Of a stretch of DNA of 64,000 bases, positions 59,829-64,000 are shown one piece after another. Source of the DNA: an uncultured Nitrospiraceae bacterium (GTDB taxonomy: Bacteria; Nitrospirota; Thermodesulfovibrionia; Thermodesulfovibrionales; Dissulfurispiraceae). Made by a program: the position numbers and the translations under genes. The notes below the pieces were generated by a model. That model was given only the letters and a program-made list of their open reading frames with translations. It was not told where the DNA came from and ran no database searches. Each line of letters opens with the position of its first letter. The first letter of the stretch is position 1. The stretch is taken from the NCBI GenBank assembly GCA_963727805.1, contig CAVSHF010000003.1, forward strand, positions 2,144,001 through 2,208,000. Direction: 5' to 3'.

Positions 59829-60832
59829 GCAGGACGGGCCTTCTCCGACTTTGCATAAATGGTCATCCTACTGGACCTGCACAATGAAAAAAGCAGCAAC
59901 AGCAAAGGTTTTCTTGCGAGCTTGAAGACTCGACTATTCAAAAATCTGGGAAGCATGTCGGAAGGTTTTTCCTCTAGGAGTATGTCGACACTTTTTTTAA
60001 AGTCCCTCGTGTCTTTTATGTGGTATATCTTCTCAATGCTCAATTCATTTTTCACAAAATACTTTCTTATTGTCTCTGGCGAAAAATGATATAGATGATT
60101 CGGCAGATGAAGACCGAAAAAATATTTTTTGAAAAGCTTCGCTTCAATACCTGAAATATCGGGCACTGTGATAATAAGGTGGCCACCCGGCTTAAGCCAT
60201 CTTGCAATCGTCTCCAATGTCTTGTCCGGTGAATATACGTGCTCGAGTACCATCTTCATGATGATGACATCGAAATAGGCCATGTCGAATTTAGCATCAT
60301 CGATGTCCGTATTGATAACATCGAGTCCGTAGAGTTCTTTAGCCCGACCGGCAGCATAGCTGCTGAGTTCTATTCCGTATACTTCCCATCCAACCCCCTG
60401 CATCTCGTGCAGGAATTTGCCGTGAGCCGCGCCGATTTCAAGCAGTCTGCCTCCTTCGACAAAAGCCGGCACAGCATTGGTATAAAATGCACCCAACTTG
60501 AAAATGGAAACGGGCGCAAGAATTATCTTTGATAAAATTCCCTTGCTGTTATGAGGCATATACCCGAAATAATATTCTAGTAGCTTCCGATAAATCCCTT
60601 TTGCAAATTTTGACGGCGTCGAGCTCTCACCTTGTGCATACGATGGATATGAGTCAGGATAAAAATTGAGGATTTCATCCTTGCGCGGCCGTGGATTTGT
60701 AAAAACCAAGCCACACTCGCTGCATTTTACGGTTTGGAATAGACCCTCGGTTCTGTTTATATAATCTTTCGACTGGATAAAAGGCGTGAAATTCGAACCG
60801 CCGCACAGATCGCAATCAACCCGTTCCATCAC
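59825..60832 (-). CDS. Class I SAM-dependent methyltransferase with N-terminal Zn motif
   Basis: CDLCG..CSECGLVF, LEIGAAHG, VLEHV, HLYHFS. Confidence 0.85.
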   Translation of the reverse strand: MMERVDCDLCGGSNFTPFIQSKDYINRTEGLFQTVKCSECGLVFTNPRPRKDEILNFYPDSYPSYAQGESSTPSKFAKGIYRKLLEYYFGYMPHNSKGILSKIILAPVSIFKLGAFYTNAVPAFVEGGRLLEIGAAHGKFLHEMQGVGWEVYGIELSSYAAGRAKELYGLDVINTDIDDAKFDMAYFDVIIMKMVLEHVYSPDKTLETIARWLKPGGHLIITVPDISGIEAKLFKKYFFGLHLPNHLYHFSPETIRKYFVKNELSIEKIYHIKDTRDFKKSVDILLEEKPSDMLPRFLNSRVFKLARKPLLLLLFSLCRSSRMTIYAKSEKARPA

Positions 60833-60858
60833 TCATCTCCATTCTGAATTCTTGCAGC

Positions 60859-61494
60859 TTATGCTTGTGCAACCATGACGATGTTTCGTACAAAATCGAT
60901 TTCCAGAAAATCTAGAAGGGGTTTAAACATCCAATACTTTATTTTTTTGCGAAACCCCAGATTGACGGCCCGGTACAGTTTGACATTCTTGAACCCAGTC
61001 GATAGAAAAAGTCCGCCCAGTTCGTCATAACGAAGCGGGGTTATATGTGTACAATCCCTCCAGAAAAAAACAGGATGGCACACATTCGGAGTCGTCACGA
61101 TAAAGTAGCCGCCCGGAGCTAGAAGGCCATGTATCCGCGTAAATAGGTCAGGCAATTCGGAGAGAGGCACGTGTTCCACCATATCGAACGCCACGCAGAT
61201 GTTGAAGATCCGATCTATTTCTTCAAGACTGTGATAATCGTGCGGCCAAGTTTTATCGATGTCGAAACTGAAATAACCAGCGTCTGTTCCATTGCCTGCC
61301 AGAAACTTTTCGAGATTGCGGTCATTTGCACCGATATCAAGCAGAGAGTCCCCCGGTCTAATGAGGTTTTTCAAGACTTCCTTTCCAGACCGCACTATTG
61401 GGAATTCAAGTATCGACACTGATCCCGTTTTGTAACGGCGTATGTAATCCTCTCGGCCTTTCTTAATGCTGCTCCAGTCGATCTGCGGTCCCAT
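60859..61494 (-). CDS. Class I SAM-dependent methyltransferase
   Basis: LLDIGA, VEHV, LAPGG..VTTPN, D.TH. Confidence 0.8.
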   Translation of the reverse strand: MGPQIDWSSIKKGREDYIRRYKTGSVSILEFPIVRSGKEVLKNLIRPGDSLLDIGANDRNLEKFLAGNGTDAGYFSFDIDKTWPHDYHSLEEIDRIFNICVAFDMVEHVPLSELPDLFTRIHGLLAPGGYFIVTTPNVCHPVFFWRDCTHITPLRYDELGGLFLSTGFKNVKLYRAVNLGFRKKIKYWMFKPLLDFLEIDFVRNIVMVAQA

Positions 61495-61501
61495 TTATTC
61501 C

Positions 61502-62563
61502 TTACGCCTTTTTGACTTTGTTGTAAGCATCAATGATCTTGTCAACCATGTTGTCATAAGAATGGTTCTTGATAACATGATTATATCCCTGTTCGGCTAT
61601 GTGCCTTCGGGCGTCTTCATTTTGGAGATAGTATTTCAATTTTCCCTCGAAGTCTTGTATATCTTCGTAGACAACAACATGCTTGCCCGGCGTCACCGCA
61701 TTCTCGAGGTCCCGAGAGCCATCAGTGAGAAGAAATGCTCCACAGGCAGGCACTTCGAACACTCGCATGTTTATCCCACTTCTCGCCTTTGCATCGGTGC
61801 CCCATGTGGTAATATTAAGCACTATACGGCTTGAGTTATATAGTTCTACAAGTTCTTTGCCGCCTATATAATTCCCTTTCAAGGCCTTGAGGATTTTGGG
61901 GTTTGAAAGGTTCCTTTTTTTCCATTTCGATCCATAGATTGCGACCTCTCCCGTGATTTCGACTGTTTTTTCCATAACAGCCTGTCTCTTTTCGGACCAC
62001 CCTCCGACAAAACAGCAATCGTATTTTTGTGATAAATTCTTAATCGGATAAAATGATTCGGGATCGACTGCATGCTGCAGCAGCTCGCAGTTCTCATATC
62101 CCCTTTTTCTCGCTTCCTCGATTCCCGAAGAGTTAAAGAAAAAATAATAGTCATAGTGATGTATTTCGGAAAAAACCTCGTCCATCTTCTTCGAATCGCT
62201 GTTAAGCCACCATCCAATGAGAGTGCATTTTTTGCTTATATACTGCATGGTTTCTTCATTAAGTCTCCAGCCTCTTATCAGAAGAAATAGTTCGGGCTTA
62301 AACTCGTCAACGAGTTTTCCCGCTAAGGTGCTCCTATATTGCAGATGCTTTAGCGGATGACCCTCAAATGCACTGAGACCCTTCGGCAAAAGTCTGAGGT
62401 TCCAGAGCTGTTTGTCGACCGTATGGATAACCCATTTGTCGAACCAGTGGTTGGTGTTCATGTCAAATTGCCCGGCAGACACACCTTTCCTTTCAAATGC
62501 CTTCTGGAGGTAACTCATGATGGGCGGTCGGTCATGATATGCCATTACAACATTCTTCAGCAT
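61502..62563 (-). CDS. CgeB-like glycosyltransferase
   Basis: HAVDP, FVGG, NMRVFEVPACGAFLLTD, HSY. Confidence 0.8.
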   Translation of the reverse strand: MLKNVVMAYHDRPPIMSYLQKAFERKGVSAGQFDMNTNHWFDKWVIHTVDKQLWNLRLLPKGLSAFEGHPLKHLQYRSTLAGKLVDEFKPELFLLIRGWRLNEETMQYISKKCTLIGWWLNSDSKKMDEVFSEIHHYDYYFFFNSSGIEEARKRGYENCELLQHAVDPESFYPIKNLSQKYDCCFVGGWSEKRQAVMEKTVEITGEVAIYGSKWKKRNLSNPKILKALKGNYIGGKELVELYNSSRIVLNITTWGTDAKARSGINMRVFEVPACGAFLLTDGSRDLENAVTPGKHVVVYEDIQDFEGKLKYYLQNEDARRHIAEQGYNHVIKNHSYDNMVDKIIDAYNKVKKA

Positions 62564-62632
62564 ATTATTTTTATATCACTCCACATTTTTTAAAATCACC
62601 ACCTGTTCGACAACGTGCAGGAGAATATTTTT

Positions 62633-63766
62633 TTACTCCTTGATGATCCGGTTCTTAAAGATGACTGTCTCGATAGCACCGAGGACTTCGTCAATGCTTA
62701 TATTTTCCATGCATTTCTGATATTTGCATCTCTTTCCGGAACAAGGATTACAGGTCCTGTACTTTTGTATTATAAAATGTCTCTCGTTATCATAATACGG
62801 CCCCGACACCCTTGAATCCGCCATCGCAAACAATGCTACGACAGGCGTACCCACAGCTATTGCCACATGCATGGTCCCGGTATCCCCTGTAACGAGCAGT
62901 TTGAAGCTCTTTAACAGAGAAGGTATATATTTTAATGCAACCTCACCTGCAGACACAATCGTATTTCCTCCTATCTCGTCTGCAATATTTCGACAATAGT
63001 CAGACTCCTGCGGAGACCCAGTAATTATTATCTTTATTGCGGGGTAGATGTTGCAGATTCTTTTGCCCAGTTCGATGAACCTATCGGCAAACCACATCCT
63101 GCTCACGGTGGACGCTGCCACCTGAAAACCAATGACCATATCCGTCTCTTTTATGCCTTTGCTTTTTATAAAAGCTTTGATGGCTGCAGGACCATCCTTT
63201 GCTTCGGGCAGAACCATCCTCGTTTCTGAAATATCACAACCAGCCAACCCGGCCACTTTCAGCCTCTGCTTCACCCCATGTGAAAAATCTGTCCATTGAA
63301 AAAGCTCATTACGGTTGGATAACAGAAAACGGTATTCATTTGTATTGGGCAGTTTAATGAGGAACTGCGCCCCCGAAAGATATGCCATCGGCGTTGCTTG
63401 TGGCTCGTTCCCATGGAATATCAATACGAGATCGAAGTTGTAGCTGCGAAAGTCTCTAATCGTCCCGAAGAATTTCCTATATCCCCCATAATAGGGGGTA
63501 ATCCCGTCTATGTCTGGGTTGTTCTCAAAAAGCGCCATATTCCTCACGTTGAAATGGGCTATGATTTTCGAATGAGGATATCTCTTTCGCACAGCCCTGA
63601 TAGCTGGGGTTGACAGGAGTGTATCGCCGATTGCGGTCGAAGATACTACCAGTATGTTTTTCACTTTATCAGGGTCGAAATATTTCAGATCGGTCCGCCT
63701 CTTGTCCGCCGCCTTCAACACCTTCATGGCAACGTAAAGAAGTCCGTCTGCGAGTCTAATCCTCAT
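62633..63766 (-). CDS. GT9 glycosyltransferase
   Basis: TAIGDTLLSTP, RMW, TGDTGTMHVA.AVGTP. Confidence 0.85.
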   Translation of the reverse strand: MRIRLADGLLYVAMKVLKAADKRRTDLKYFDPDKVKNILVVSSTAIGDTLLSTPAIRAVRKRYPHSKIIAHFNVRNMALFENNPDIDGITPYYGGYRKFFGTIRDFRSYNFDLVLIFHGNEPQATPMAYLSGAQFLIKLPNTNEYRFLLSNRNELFQWTDFSHGVKQRLKVAGLAGCDISETRMVLPEAKDGPAAIKAFIKSKGIKETDMVIGFQVAASTVSRMWFADRFIELGKRICNIYPAIKIIITGSPQESDYCRNIADEIGGNTIVSAGEVALKYIPSLLKSFKLLVTGDTGTMHVAIAVGTPVVALFAMADSRVSGPYYDNERHFIIQKYRTCNPCSGKRCKYQKCMENISIDEVLGAIETVIFKNRIIKE

Positions 63767-64000
63767 CTCTTCTTCATCCTCAGATATAATCCCGAAAAAA
63801 GAGCACTTGTATATATCCGCAATCTTTTCTCAAACCATTCGACACTGTCCTTGACGACTATCCTGCCGATTGCAAGCGGGTCAGAGCCTGTCTTTACAAT
63901 GCCGGGATCGGTCGTGAAGAGTGCCTGGTATCCAACATCTCTGGCAGCTTTGACGGCGGCGGCGTTATATTTTCCCTTAGGCCAGCAAAGGTAAGGACAT
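63763..64000 (-). CDS. C-terminus of a polysaccharide deacetylase (partial)
   Basis: Manual translation LCWPKGKYN..AARDVGYQALFTTDPG..IGRIVV..RLRIY, with stop overlapping the next ATG. Confidence 0.7.
   Translation of the reverse strand, partial: CPYLCWPKGKYNAAAVKAARDVGYQALFTTDPGIVKTGSDPLAIGRIVVKDSVEWFEKRLRIYTSALFSGLYLRMKKR

Noticed and set aside
1..64000. tRNA (including selC), rRNA, CRISPR arrays, prophage or integrase genes
   Set aside because: None recognised by eye. tRNAscan-SE and CRISPR finders would be needed to exclude them formally.

Overview
64 kb of bacterial chromosome from an anaerobic, selenocysteine-using organism. Gene content suggests Nitrospirota/Thermodesulfovibrionia or a related deltaproteobacterial-type lineage, which is an inference. 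From left to right the window holds: a CBS/DUF294 nucleotidyltransferase-exonuclease pair; a tungstate ABC locus with two tupA paralogues (one lacks a signal peptide, one has an in-frame TGA) divergent from a LysR regulator; a 12-haem cytochrome-AhpD-like-ArsS radical SAM operon; xseA and xseB split by a cytochrome c/FeS/NrfD cassette that left a relic xseA 3' end; hslO; a 2.2 kb IS607-family element (frameshifted tnpA, atypical TnpB) inserted in a CHRD gene whose two halves can be rejoined; a c-di-AMP riboswitch before kup; a DEAD-box helicase with a leader terminator; a probably leaderless lexA-dinB cassette with a GAAC-N4-GTTC operator; an hdrA-flxDCBA operon with two UGA/Sec proteins that the ORF track splits; core genes (purB, truB, lptD, folC, accD, trpA, trpB, trpB2, trpF, queF, msbA); and an LPS glycosyltransferase cluster. 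I saw no tRNA, rRNA or CRISPR array. All family assignments come from motif recognition by eye, not database searches.
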